Positions 19,218-29,217 of a stretch of 64,000 bases of DNA are shown piece after piece (the stretch's first letter is position 1; the number at the start of each line of letters is the position of its first letter). A program made the position numbers and the translations under genes. The DNA is from Nitrospinales bacterium. Lineage in GTDB: Bacteria > Nitrospinota > Nitrospinia > Nitrospinales > VA-1. The stretch covers positions 576,001 through 640,000 of the forward strand of contig CBDCWG010000012.1 in NCBI GenBank assembly GCA_965223345.1, written 5' to 3'. A model generated the notes under the pieces. It saw nothing but the letters and a program-made list of their open reading frames with translations. It was not told the origin of the DNA and searched no databases.

Positions 19218-20690
19218 TTGGTGAACCTGAGGACTCACAAAATTGTTGCTAATGCAAGCGAAAGACCGTTTTTTTTAAAGCGGGAGGATGATGTTAAATC
19301 GTTTTCGCTGAATACCGCCACTACTCTTATTATATTCTTCGATGCGCTTATATTTATTGCAACAGGAGCAACAATTCAGTGGTTCCATTTGGGATGGATA
19401 GGGCAAAGTATTTGGATTTACCCAACAGCGACAATGATATTAAGCGTCATTGTGATTGTAGCCCTGAATAAAGCAGGATGCTATGAACTTGAAGCAATTC
19501 ATACGCCGGAAAAACATTTTCAGAAAATTTTAGGCATTTTTTCGGTTAGCTTTTTATCATTTCTAGCTCTAGCCTTTGCTTTTAAGCTATCTGAGCAATT
19601 TTCGCGTATCTGGTTTTTTTCTTGGTTTTTGTCTTCATTTACTCTTTTAACTCTTGGGCGAATAATTTTTAAGTACATATTTGAGCGCTGGGCTAAATCT
19701 GGAAAAGTTATCCGAAATCTTTTGATAGTCGGAAGTGGGAAGCAGGCTAGATTGCTTTTGGAGAAACTAAAGAAAGAAAAATCACCATGGCTTAAGGTAT
19801 TGGGTATTTTTGATGACAGAAAAACACGAATTAGCCCCTCGCTAATTGAAATACCTGTTCTCGGAACATTAGATGATCTCTTGAATTATGCTAGGGTCAA
19901 TCAGGTGGATGACATTCTAATTGCGTTGCCTTGGAGTGCGGATACACGAATCTTTCAAATAATAAAAAAGATTGGCGAGTTACCGGTGTCCATTCACTTA
20001 AGCTCAGACCTAGCCGGATTTTCCAGCCCGAAACCTATTTTTAGACTCATAGGAGGTTTACCTATGTTGAACATGGTGTGCAAACCTCTGGATGGCTGGA
20101 AAAATTTTGCAAAAAACGCAGAAGATAAAATATTTGGTTTTGCGTTATTGCTCTTGTTTTCGCCTCTTATGATTTTGATCGCCTTGGCAATTAGGATTGA
20201 AAGTAAAGGGCCTATTCTATTTAGACAAAATAGAGATGGTTTTAATAACAAACCATTTTCAGTTTTTAAGTTTAGAACTATGTATCACACGGAATTGTCT
20301 GATGTGGAGATGGTCCAGGCGACCCGAAATGACCCTCGTATTACCCCCTTGGGGAAAATTCTAAGGCGAACAAGTTTAGATGAGCTCCCACAACTTCTAA
20401 ATGTTCTTAGTGGGGAAATGTCTCTTGTTGGACCTAGACCACATCCCGTAGAGCTAAATGGGAAATTTGGGAAAATTATCCATGGATATTTCTCGAGACA
20501 TCGGGTTAAGCCTGGCATTACGGGATGGGCACAGATAAATGGGCTGAGGGGAGAAACAGATACAACAGAAAAAATGAAGGCCAGGGTAGCCTTTGATGTG
20601 CATTACATCGAAAACTGGTCATTTTTTCTTGACTTAAAAATTCTTTTCCTGAGTGCCTTTGTATTTATTTTTCAAAAAAACGCATATTAA
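19218..20690 (+). CDS. wcaJ: Undecaprenyl-phosphate glucose phosphotransferase (priming transferase)
   Basis: Four N-terminal TMs, a Rossmann-like region, and KFRTM, LRRTSLDELPQLLNVL.GEMSLVGPRPH, KPGITGWAQING.RGET. Start codon uncertain. Confidence 0.92.
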   Translation: MVNLRTHKIVANASERPFFLKREDDVKSFSLNTATTLIIFFDALIFIATGATIQWFHLGWIGQSIWIYPTATMILSVIVIVALNKAGCYELEAIHTPEKHFQKILGIFSVSFLSFLALAFAFKLSEQFSRIWFFSWFLSSFTLLTLGRIIFKYIFERWAKSGKVIRNLLIVGSGKQARLLLEKLKKEKSPWLKVLGIFDDRKTRISPSLIEIPVLGTLDDLLNYARVNQVDDILIALPWSADTRIFQIIKKIGELPVSIHLSSDLAGFSSPKPIFRLIGGLPMLNMVCKPLDGWKNFAKNAEDKIFGFALLLLFSPLMILIALAIRIESKGPILFRQNRDGFNNKPFSVFKFRTMYHTELSDVEMVQATRNDPRITPLGKILRRTSLDELPQLLNVLSGEMSLVGPRPHPVELNGKFGKIIHGYFSRHRVKPGITGWAQINGLRGETDTTEKMKARVAFDVHYIENWSFFLDLKILFLSAFVFIFQKNAY

Positions 20691-20863
20691 GAACTATCGA
20701 ATATATAGACTCTAAACTCCTATCATATTTTTATAGGATTCGAGTGTGTATCCGTAATATTTCATATTTATCCATTTCCAGCTAGAAAATTTTGTTCTCT
20801 TGATTAATAGGAACCTTAACTTTTCATTATTGTAATAAGTTAAAACATAGGGAGTGAGGAAAT

Positions 20864-21664
20864 ATGATTGGTGAAACTCTTGTAATCGCTGAACCCAGAG
20901 CTATTCCTGAAAGGTTCAATGTCTTGGGAGTGGGTATCGACTCAATAAATATGAACAAAGCAATCGAAAGAATTATCCAGTGGATAGAACAACGTGAAAA
21001 GAATTATGTCACGATTACAGGTGTCCATGGCGTTATGGAAAGTCAGCAAAAAGAAGATATACGCCAAATTCATAACCAAGCAGGAATGGTTACGCCAGAC
21101 GGTATGCCATTAGTATGGATCGGGAAATATTTCGGGCATAATGACATTGAAAGAGTTTACGGGCCTGATCTCATGCTCAATGTTTGCAAAAAATCTATTA
21201 CACAAGGATACAGACACTATCTATATGGTGGCAAAAAAGGTGTTCCCGAACTTCTTAAAAATAAGCTTGAAGAGAAATTTCCGGGAATCCAAATTGTTGG
21301 AACTTATTCACCTCCATTTCGGAACCTCAGTATTGAGGAAGACAACGAAATTATCCAAATGATAAATAATACAAGGCCAGATATTGTATGGATTGGTCTT
21401 AGTACTCCTAAACAGGAACTTTGGATGGCAAATAATAAGAATAAATTGAATGCTCCTGTTCAAATCGGTGTTGGAGCCGCCTTCGATTTTCACTCAGGCT
21501 TGATTAAACAAGCGCCGCTCTGGATGCAAAAAAATGGGTTGGAATGGTTGTTTCGATTATGGATAGAGCCGCGACGATTGTGGAAAAGATATTTTAGAAA
21601 CAATCCACTGTTTATATTTTTGATTGTCAAGCAACTATTGGGCCTTAGGCGCTATAAAATATAA
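20864..21664 (+). CDS. WecB/TagA/CpsF (GT26) glycosyltransferase
   Basis: PDGMPLVW, GLSTPKQE, GVGAAFDF and GLEWLFRL..EPRRLWKRY. Confidence 0.95.
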   Translation: MIGETLVIAEPRAIPERFNVLGVGIDSINMNKAIERIIQWIEQREKNYVTITGVHGVMESQQKEDIRQIHNQAGMVTPDGMPLVWIGKYFGHNDIERVYGPDLMLNVCKKSITQGYRHYLYGGKKGVPELLKNKLEEKFPGIQIVGTYSPPFRNLSIEEDNEIIQMINNTRPDIVWIGLSTPKQELWMANNKNKLNAPVQIGVGAAFDFHSGLIKQAPLWMQKNGLEWLFRLWIEPRRLWKRYFRNNPLFIFLIVKQLLGLRRYKI

Positions 21665-21735
21665 TTTGGACTACTTTATATAAGAAGGCACTTAAACTTT
21701 ATTAATAAAGAAATTGATTTGGGGAGACCTGACAA

Positions 21736-22722
21736 ATGAACATAAATGGGCGAAATTCAGCTTTAGTTTTGGGTGCAGGCGGATTTATTGGAAGTCATCT
21801 TGTTAATAGACTAAAAAAAGAGGGGTTCTGGGTTCGAGGTGTTGATTTAAAAAATCCAATTTTTTCGGAATCTACAGCCGATGAATTCGTAATCGGCGAC
21901 TTGAGAGATCCCCAAATTTGCCGGCAAATCGTTGACCGAGATTTCGACGAGGTTTACCAACTGGCCGCCGATATGGGCGGTGCTGGGTTCATTTTTACTG
22001 GGGATAATGATGCCGATATCATGCACAATTCCGCCCTTATTAATCTAAATATTCTCGAAGCTTGTCAAAGAGAAAAGGCAAAACGAATTTTTTATTCATC
22101 CTCTGCTTGCATGTATCCAGAGCACAATCAACTTGACCCTAGTAATCCCAAAACGGCTGAAGACTCCGCTTATCCCGCTAACCCTGACAGTGAATACGGA
22201 TGGGAAAAGTTATTCAGTGAAAGACTCTATCTTGCTTTTCATCGAAATTTTGGGATGGAAGTACGAATAGCACGTTTCCATAATATTTTCGGCCCTGAAG
22301 GTACCTGGGAGGGTGGTCGTGAGAAGGCACCTGCTGCAATGTGTCGTAAGATAGCAGAAGCGCAAGTCGGGAGCGCTATTGAAATGTGGGGTGATGGAAA
22401 TCAAACCCGGTCTTTTCTTTATATTGAAGAATGCCTCGAAGGTGTACTAAGGCTAATGCGTTCAAATTGGACTGGTCCTGTAAACATTGGATCAGAGGAG
22501 ATGGTTTCCATAAATCAACTTGCACATATGGTCATGGAAATCGCGGGAAAGACCTTGCCAATTAAACATATTGACGGTCCCCTTGGCGTGCGGGGTAGAA
22601 ACTCTGATAACCGCTTAATTGAAGAGAAACTTGGATGGAAACCAGACCAGCCGCTATTTGAGGGGTTGAGGGTAACGTATGCTTGGATTGAGGAACAAGT
22701 AAGGCAAGTAGCCACTGTGTAA
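21736..22722 (+). CDS. GDP-mannose 3,5-epimerase-like extended SDR
   Basis: GAGGFIG, LAADMGGAGFI, SSACMYPE, YGWEK and GTWEGGREKAPAA.CRK. Confidence 0.85.
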   Translation: MNINGRNSALVLGAGGFIGSHLVNRLKKEGFWVRGVDLKNPIFSESTADEFVIGDLRDPQICRQIVDRDFDEVYQLAADMGGAGFIFTGDNDADIMHNSALINLNILEACQREKAKRIFYSSSACMYPEHNQLDPSNPKTAEDSAYPANPDSEYGWEKLFSERLYLAFHRNFGMEVRIARFHNIFGPEGTWEGGREKAPAAMCRKIAEAQVGSAIEMWGDGNQTRSFLYIEECLEGVLRLMRSNWTGPVNIGSEEMVSINQLAHMVMEIAGKTLPIKHIDGPLGVRGRNSDNRLIEEKLGWKPDQPLFEGLRVTYAWIEEQVRQVATV

Positions 22723-22860
22723 GAAAAGGAGCTCAAAGACTTGCCCTAACTATTCTTTTTACTAAAATAAATTTTCCTATCAACGAGCTGATCTACTAAA
22801 GGGGCAGCACATTAGCTATTCTTAATTAAAACTATCTATGAACCCACTTTTTGACTCAAT

Positions 22861-24168
22861 ATGGAAATCGATAAGATCAGTAGGAGAAATTTCTTAAATC
22901 GCCTAATCGTCAGCATTACAGGTGGCTCAGTAATTTCAGCCTTTCCAGCAGTCGCAGCATCATTAAACAGTTTTAGTGCGCAACATAATAAAGTCAACAC
23001 ACTAACTTTTCCTGGCATAAGATCACCTAAAACTAGATACGTATCAAAGAGCGGAAATGATTTAAACAATGGTTTTCATCCTGATTCAGCAAAGCTTACT
23101 GTTCGCGCTGCCGTAGAATCATTGCCTGATGAGGCTAGCGGAAAACAACAAAGAAAATCTGGAGACATCTTTATTGGCGAAGGAACATATATTGAAGATG
23201 CGGCAGGTATTTCATCAAAGCAAAACTATTTAATCGAGTGCTCATCGAATATTCGCTTTCACGGTGCGGGTGTTCCTGTCAGCACTTCTTCAGGAGGTAC
23301 AGTTCTAAAACTAGGAGATAATGTAAGCAAGCATTTTTTCGGCCCTCGTCCCACGTTTTCCGATTTTGCCCACAATGTTTATTTTGAAGATATGATGATT
23401 GATGGCAATAAAAAGAATAACCCGGGAAACTATGACATCATTAGACTATTAAATACCGGATTTAATACTCACCTCAGGAATGTTTCATTGCGAAATGCAC
23501 CAAGAAATGCAATTGCAATTGTGCACAACGCAGTAAACTTCTACGCTTTTAATTTGACAGGTGCTGGATGCACTAGATTTTTCCATTATGAAAGCATTCC
23601 TTCGTCAAATAATATCAATATAGGTTTTTGGGGAGTGCAGATCGATGACTGTGGGATGTATCCAATCGAAATTGATGCACGTCTTAATGGAACAGGCAAC
23701 TTTTTCATCGAAGGCTTAGAAGCTGAAGCAAGTTCTATTGATAATCACCATGCAATAATTAAATATAATCCAGTTAGTGGTGCTAATGGTCTGAATCTAG
23801 ATTTTAACAATATGCAAGCTTGGAAGGATAAGCGTGTTAAAGATGAGTCCATTGTACTTATTAATCATGGCGAAGGTTCTTCTCCATTTATAACTTATAG
23901 AAATTTAATTCAAGATGGCTACGAGTGGGTATTAAGTGACTTAAAGAATTCAATTAATAGTAAGCAACGACAATTTGCTGTAATGGGGCGCAGTAAATGG
24001 GCATCTATGCAATTAGGGCCTATCGGTTGGTATACAGCTGAAACTAGCCCAGAAAATGTAATCAGTGCAAATCCGGGATCAATTTGTTCAGTGACTGACG
24101 GATCTTTATATATCAAAATAAATGGTGCCGGTAAAACTGGATGGAGCAAAACATCTACTATTCGATAA
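22861..24168 (+). CDS. Tat-exported beta-helix-like protein (polysaccharide-binding or degrading candidate)
   Basis: SRRNFL twin-arginine signal. YVSKSGNDLNNG...LTVRAAV...IFIGEGTY is a typical pectin-lyase-fold N-cap. Confidence 0.7.
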   Translation: MEIDKISRRNFLNRLIVSITGGSVISAFPAVAASLNSFSAQHNKVNTLTFPGIRSPKTRYVSKSGNDLNNGFHPDSAKLTVRAAVESLPDEASGKQQRKSGDIFIGEGTYIEDAAGISSKQNYLIECSSNIRFHGAGVPVSTSSGGTVLKLGDNVSKHFFGPRPTFSDFAHNVYFEDMMIDGNKKNNPGNYDIIRLLNTGFNTHLRNVSLRNAPRNAIAIVHNAVNFYAFNLTGAGCTRFFHYESIPSSNNINIGFWGVQIDDCGMYPIEIDARLNGTGNFFIEGLEAEASSIDNHHAIIKYNPVSGANGLNLDFNNMQAWKDKRVKDESIVLINHGEGSSPFITYRNLIQDGYEWVLSDLKNSINSKQRQFAVMGRSKWASMQLGPIGWYTAETSPENVISANPGSICSVTDGSLYIKINGAGKTGWSKTSTIR

Positions 24169-24242
24169 ATATTTAACCCTAGCTTAAGCTGTTTTTAATA
24201 AACATATGGGCTGGGTCGATTTCTCAATAAATGAAGAATTAA

Positions 24243-24932
24243 ATGTCTACATCAAAAATTTCCATAGATGTTTTAAAAAGAACTAATAAAGCAAAAGAAA
24301 CTGGATATATATCAAAGAAACGATTTTTCCAAGGTTTACATAATGCTTCAAGTATAAAGAGAGATAAATCGACTTCTATACGAATACTGAAAGTAATAAA
24401 ACGGTTGAGAAAGGTGATTTGCTTGTTCATTTATTACTCTATTGGCATCAGGCTTCCTGCCCAACCAATGCCTGGATATTCATTAGCATTTGCATTACGA
24501 AGATTGTTAGTTCGATATATTGCTCAAGAGTGTGGAGTTCAGATATATGTAAAAAAAGGTAGCTATTTGGGCCAAGGGATTGGCTTAAAAATAGGCGACC
24601 GTGCTCAACTGGGTCAAAACAGCAAAATAGGGAGAAACGTAACTATAGGTAATGACGTAGTTATGGGGCCAGATGTTGTTATCATGACTGACACACATAA
24701 ATTTGAAGAAGTTTTAATTCCAATAAACAAACAAGGTTCTCCTGAGACTGCTGGCGTAGTAATTGGAAATGATGTTTGGGTTGGGACACGTGTCATTATC
24801 ATGCCCGGAATTACTATTGGAGATAAAGCAGTAATTGGTGCCGGAGCCGTTGTGACCAAAGATATACCAGAAAGAGGGATTGCCGTAGGCATACCAGCAA
24901 AGGTAATTCGTTTTAGAGGTAACAATAAATAA
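24243..24932 (+). CDS. Hexapeptide-repeat sugar O-acetyltransferase
   Basis: VVIGNDVWVGTRVIIMPGITIGDKAVIGAGAVVTKD. The true start may be downstream. Confidence 0.9.
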   Translation: MSTSKISIDVLKRTNKAKETGYISKKRFFQGLHNASSIKRDKSTSIRILKVIKRLRKVICLFIYYSIGIRLPAQPMPGYSLAFALRRLLVRYIAQECGVQIYVKKGSYLGQGIGLKIGDRAQLGQNSKIGRNVTIGNDVVMGPDVVIMTDTHKFEEVLIPINKQGSPETAGVVIGNDVWVGTRVIIMPGITIGDKAVIGAGAVVTKDIPERGIAVGIPAKVIRFRGNNK

Positions 24933-26200
24933 TGCCCCGCCAGGTCAATATCAACATTTTAACTCGTTATCATCAGACAAATTGGGCTCTAGCTGATCAG
25001 ACTTTAGTAAGCGGCGTCAATTTCCTCACTAGTATTTTGCTGGCTCGCTATCTGGGTGTCGAAGAATTCGGACGATATACTTTAGTATGGATGGTGATTT
25101 TATTTGTTAAGAGCATTCAACATGCTGCCATTAATTCCCCGATGATGAGCATCGGCCCCAAGCAATCCAAGGATGAAATTGCAACCTATTACGGCGCAAT
25201 TATCGTTCAACATATTATTTTTTCGTGCACTGTCTCTTTATTTCTATATATCGTAGTATTATTTTGCAGTGTTATATTTCCAGATTTCCAAGTGAAAGGT
25301 TTAGCTTTACCAATTGCAATCGCCTCCCTTGCCTGTCAATCGCATGAATTTCTACGTCGTTATTTTTTTACTCTAGGAAATTTACAAAGAGCTTTCTTCA
25401 ATGATGCAATTCATTATCTAGGACAAATTGCCATTCTAGTTTTGTTTTTTAAAACATCTCCTGATGAAATGGATACAACTAGAGTATTATTAGTCATTGC
25501 AGTTATGGCTTCAATCGCTACCATGTCTGGAATATTCTTCGTAGGAAAAATAAAAATAAGTACTGGAATACTACGCAAAATAGCTTACCGACACTGGCAT
25601 TTTTCCAAGTGGCTTACAGCTTCAGCTTTGTTTCAATGGACCACAGGAAATCTTTTCATCATAATGGCAGGTGCTTTGCTAGGTTCATCCGCAGTGGGTG
25701 CTTTGAAAGCGACGCAAAACTTAATGGGAGTGATTCATATCTTGATTATCGGATTAGAAAATATAGTACCAGTACGCGCAGCGCAACATTTTCATGATAA
25801 AGGCAACAGAGCACTATTTGGATACTTGAAACGTGTTGCAACCTTTGGATGTAGTGTCACAGCAATCACCTCAATAGTCGCGGCAATAGCCCCAGATTTC
25901 TGGCTCAATCTTGTATTTGGAGAAAAGTACTCAAGTTATGGGAGTTTACTCAGATGGTGGGCTATTTATTACCTGCTAATATCTACAATTGTTCCTTTAA
26001 CTTCCGGCTTACGGGCAATAGAAAACTCTCAAGTAATATTCACCGCCTCTGCATGGATGACCCTGTTCAGCGTTCTTACCGCATACCCAATTGCTAAATA
26101 TTTTGGCCTTTTTGGAGTAATGGCAGGAATTACGGCAGTTGGTGCGATTCAGGTTTTTATCCTATGGTCCGGCTTGAAAAAGATAAAATATGCTTATTAA
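24932..26200 (+). CDS. wzx: Wzx-type polysaccharide flippase
   Basis: DQTLVSGVNF...LARYLGVEEFG; about 12 TMs. Confidence 0.85.
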   Translation: MPRQVNINILTRYHQTNWALADQTLVSGVNFLTSILLARYLGVEEFGRYTLVWMVILFVKSIQHAAINSPMMSIGPKQSKDEIATYYGAIIVQHIIFSCTVSLFLYIVVLFCSVIFPDFQVKGLALPIAIASLACQSHEFLRRYFFTLGNLQRAFFNDAIHYLGQIAILVLFFKTSPDEMDTTRVLLVIAVMASIATMSGIFFVGKIKISTGILRKIAYRHWHFSKWLTASALFQWTTGNLFIIMAGALLGSSAVGALKATQNLMGVIHILIIGLENIVPVRAAQHFHDKGNRALFGYLKRVATFGCSVTAITSIVAAIAPDFWLNLVFGEKYSSYGSLLRWWAIYYLLISTIVPLTSGLRAIENSQVIFTASAWMTLFSVLTAYPIAKYFGLFGVMAGITAVGAIQVFILWSGLKKIKYAY

Positions 26201-27539
26201 AGAAGCGACAAGTAATGAGACCTCGTCAATATTATCCACATTCTTTTCCTACCTTGACCAAAAGGGATTTAATTACTGTGTTGTAGGCCCCACCAACGAA
26301 TTACCCAATAAAATAACATCAGACATAGATATAGTCGTCGATTCTGATCCAATTAAAGTTATTCATTTCCTCATTAAGGACTTTAGCTTTATAAACAAAA
26401 TTAGAGTAGCGCAAATAATCCAGCATGAACAATCTGCATATTATTTAGCGTTGTCTTGGAATGGCAATGACGGAAAATTAAAATTTCTTCATCCAGACAT
26501 TTGCAACGATTACTTCCGAAATGGTAGAAAATATCTAACTGCGGATGAAATTTTATTAACGCGTAAACCTGCAATTGATGAAATGGGAAAGGAAAAAGGA
26601 TTTTTCGTTGCAGGTTCAGCCAAAGAGTTTATTTATTACCTTTTAAAAAAAATCGAGAAGCAAATACTTAACAAAGACCATGGAACCTATTTGAGTTCTA
26701 TTTGGGCAACAGCAAAAGATGAGTGCAACAAGGAAATTGACCGATTCTGGCTTAATGATGACGCAAAACTTATACGCAAAGCAGCACAAGAAGGAAACTG
26801 GAAGAAAGTTAAAGAAAAATTACCCGAACTAAAAAAATCTCTTCAATCTAAACTTCCACCAAGAAAATTTATGTCACGGGGAAGAGAGATAGCTCGTTTA
26901 ATAAAACGACTAAGATTTCCAACAGGACTTCATATAGCCTTTTTGGGTCCAGATGGAAGCGGAAAAAGTAGCGTCATACACAAGATTATTCTAGACTTGG
27001 CTCCTGTCTTCCGCAACACCGCCTCCTCACATTTTCGCCCAGGCCTTGGAATTAAAAGTAGTAACAGAAAACCTGTTGTTTCCCCACATAGTCATCAGGT
27101 AAGAAACAAAGTCGAATCGTTAGCGAAAGTTATCTATTTTTGGTTCGATTACTTTATAGGCTGGTGGTTAACTATATGGATAAAAACCATAAGATCAACA
27201 CTTGTAATCAATGACCGCTATTTCCACGATATTCTGGTAGATCCAAGACGCTACCGCTATGGTGGTCCGTTATGGTTCGCCAAATGTATTGGGAAGATGA
27301 TACCTAAGCCTAATTTATGGATTCTTCTTGATGCACCACCTGAAGTACTACAAGACCGTAAACAAGAAGTCCCATTTGAAGAAACGGCACGACAAAGAAA
27401 TGAATATTTAAAACTCTTCAAAGTCATGGAAAATTGTATTGTCATTGATGCTTCTCAAACTCTTGACGATGTTGTTGCCGATGTTAACTGTTCAATTCTT
27501 AACTATATGGCCGAACGGATAGAAAAACGTGGTTTGTAA
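26190..27539 (+). CDS. Fusion of a nucleotidyltransferase-like domain and a thymidylate-kinase-like P-loop domain
   Basis: N-terminal YCVV...SDIDIVV. C-terminal GPDGSGKSS, INDRY and LLDAPPEVLQDRKQE. Confidence 0.75.
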   Translation: MLIKEATSNETSSILSTFFSYLDQKGFNYCVVGPTNELPNKITSDIDIVVDSDPIKVIHFLIKDFSFINKIRVAQIIQHEQSAYYLALSWNGNDGKLKFLHPDICNDYFRNGRKYLTADEILLTRKPAIDEMGKEKGFFVAGSAKEFIYYLLKKIEKQILNKDHGTYLSSIWATAKDECNKEIDRFWLNDDAKLIRKAAQEGNWKKVKEKLPELKKSLQSKLPPRKFMSRGREIARLIKRLRFPTGLHIAFLGPDGSGKSSVIHKIILDLAPVFRNTASSHFRPGLGIKSSNRKPVVSPHSHQVRNKVESLAKVIYFWFDYFIGWWLTIWIKTIRSTLVINDRYFHDILVDPRRYRYGGPLWFAKCIGKMIPKPNLWILLDAPPEVLQDRKQEVPFEETARQRNEYLKLFKVMENCIVIDASQTLDDVVADVNCSILNYMAERIEKRGL

Positions 27540-28650
27540 TATGTTTACTAATATGATGAAAAAAATATTTCCCTTAGGTACAGATATCAATGTAAATGTT
27601 GAGACCTGTACACCTTGCTCCCAATTTTGGATGATTCCAGGAAAACAGGGCGAGCCTAGGTGGATACTTCCTCATGAACCAAAATCTGCATTGCCTTTTC
27701 TCAAACAGTGGAGCCCTTACGATTTTCGATCACGCATCAAATGGCGATTTTTAATAGGAGCATATCGAGCGAAAAGACTGAACTGCATTCCTGGTGTTAT
27801 TCCTTTACAAGTCATTGCCCCTAAATGGAATAATTGGGGTCACCTGGGGTGGTTTTTCACCAATCCTCCGGTTCCAGTGATCTATATAGGCACTCCTGGA
27901 CCAAACCGAAAAGCTGTTCTGGGTTTGGTTGATTCCCCAAAAAACGAAGTAAAAGCAATTGGCAAAATTCCATTAGAACCTGCAGCAGGTCATGCAATTA
28001 ACCATGAAGCCGATGTCCTATATGAACTGATGCATGAAAAACCTGGGATGGCACCCGCCCGACTTTTCCTTGATAGAAAGAATTCTATAGCAACACAAGA
28101 ATTTGTAGCTGGAAAAACAACCGATCGACGTCTTACAGAACATCATATGAATTGTCTAATCGACCTAGCAGTTCCTGGGGAATCAATATCCATAAAGAGA
28201 ATCGTTGAAGATTTTACGCAACAAATACATGCTCTAGAGCATATAGATTCTGATCTTCTCAACATTTTTGAACATACTCTTTCAAGCATTGATAAAACTT
28301 TGACTCTCCCAGCCGTCTGGATACATGGTGACTTCGCACCCTGGAATTTGAAAAACGTGGATAATTCTATACGTGCTATTGACTGGGAGGCAGCATCCAA
28401 ACATGGCCTTCCTTTATTTGACCTAATTTACTATAGATCGATTCAAGCATTCCTATTTAATGAGAGAGAAGTTTTTTCCAGATCCGATATCCGCATTTTT
28501 TTAAAGTACATAACCTCTCTCGGGATCTCTCGGACTTTACTACAAAAATTGACCGCACTTTGTCTATCTTATAGTTGGTGGCAGGCTCATAAGATGAATA
28601 ATCAACCATTGAAATTATTTTTTTTTAAATTGATGGGGAACGTTTTATGA
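27529..28650 (+). CDS. APH/choline-kinase-like phosphotransferase
   Basis: HGDFAPWN and IDWE motifs. Confidence 0.8.
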   Translation: MVCNMFTNMMKKIFPLGTDINVNVETCTPCSQFWMIPGKQGEPRWILPHEPKSALPFLKQWSPYDFRSRIKWRFLIGAYRAKRLNCIPGVIPLQVIAPKWNNWGHLGWFFTNPPVPVIYIGTPGPNRKAVLGLVDSPKNEVKAIGKIPLEPAAGHAINHEADVLYELMHEKPGMAPARLFLDRKNSIATQEFVAGKTTDRRLTEHHMNCLIDLAVPGESISIKRIVEDFTQQIHALEHIDSDLLNIFEHTLSSIDKTLTLPAVWIHGDFAPWNLKNVDNSIRAIDWEAASKHGLPLFDLIYYRSIQAFLFNEREVFSRSDIRIFLKYITSLGISRTLLQKLTALCLSYSWWQAHKMNNQPLKLFFFKLMGNVL

Positions 28651-29217
28651 ATGCCCTGATTTTAAGACTTGGAGAAAACCATCAAATATCTATTTAGCCC
28701 AAAACAATATTTCAAACTAAACAGACAAAAGAAGGTAATAAGTTCGTCAACTTAGAATACGGTGTAAAAACTCACCTGGGATGGATCAATGTAGACTTTT
28801 CTCCCTACACACTGTGGATTTTAAAATTACTATATAAGATTAGCTTTTTGTCAGACCTTCTCTGGCAGCGACATAATTAGCTTCCATAAGATATTTGCTC
28901 TTAGAACTTGCGAATAATATGATTAAGCTTGCTATGATTTCTTTTATTAGTAGGTCCGCAGCGACAAAACATGAAGTTTTCTAAAATTGAGCGAATATTT
29001 CTTGGTGGTCAGGCAAGCTCGGAGAGTCACATAACTGGACATAAATATTCCTTGAATTAAACTTTTGCCCGAAGCCGGATTATATAAATATAAAACTGCA
29101 TTTCTTTAATACAAAGTGACATGCAGTAGTTGGAATGGGCATTATTTAGATGCTCAAATTGATGGAAGAGAGAATAAGAGAAACTCACTTTATATCGAGG
29201 GACGCAAACCTTTATGA
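28647..29217 (+). pseudogene. Decayed class I SAM methyltransferase
   Basis: ATGA-coupled to both neighbours. In-frame FVNLEYGVKTHLGWINVDFSP (compare NLGCG....GWINVD) at 28743, several stops, and C-terminal NSLYIEGRKPL-stop. Confidence 0.7.
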
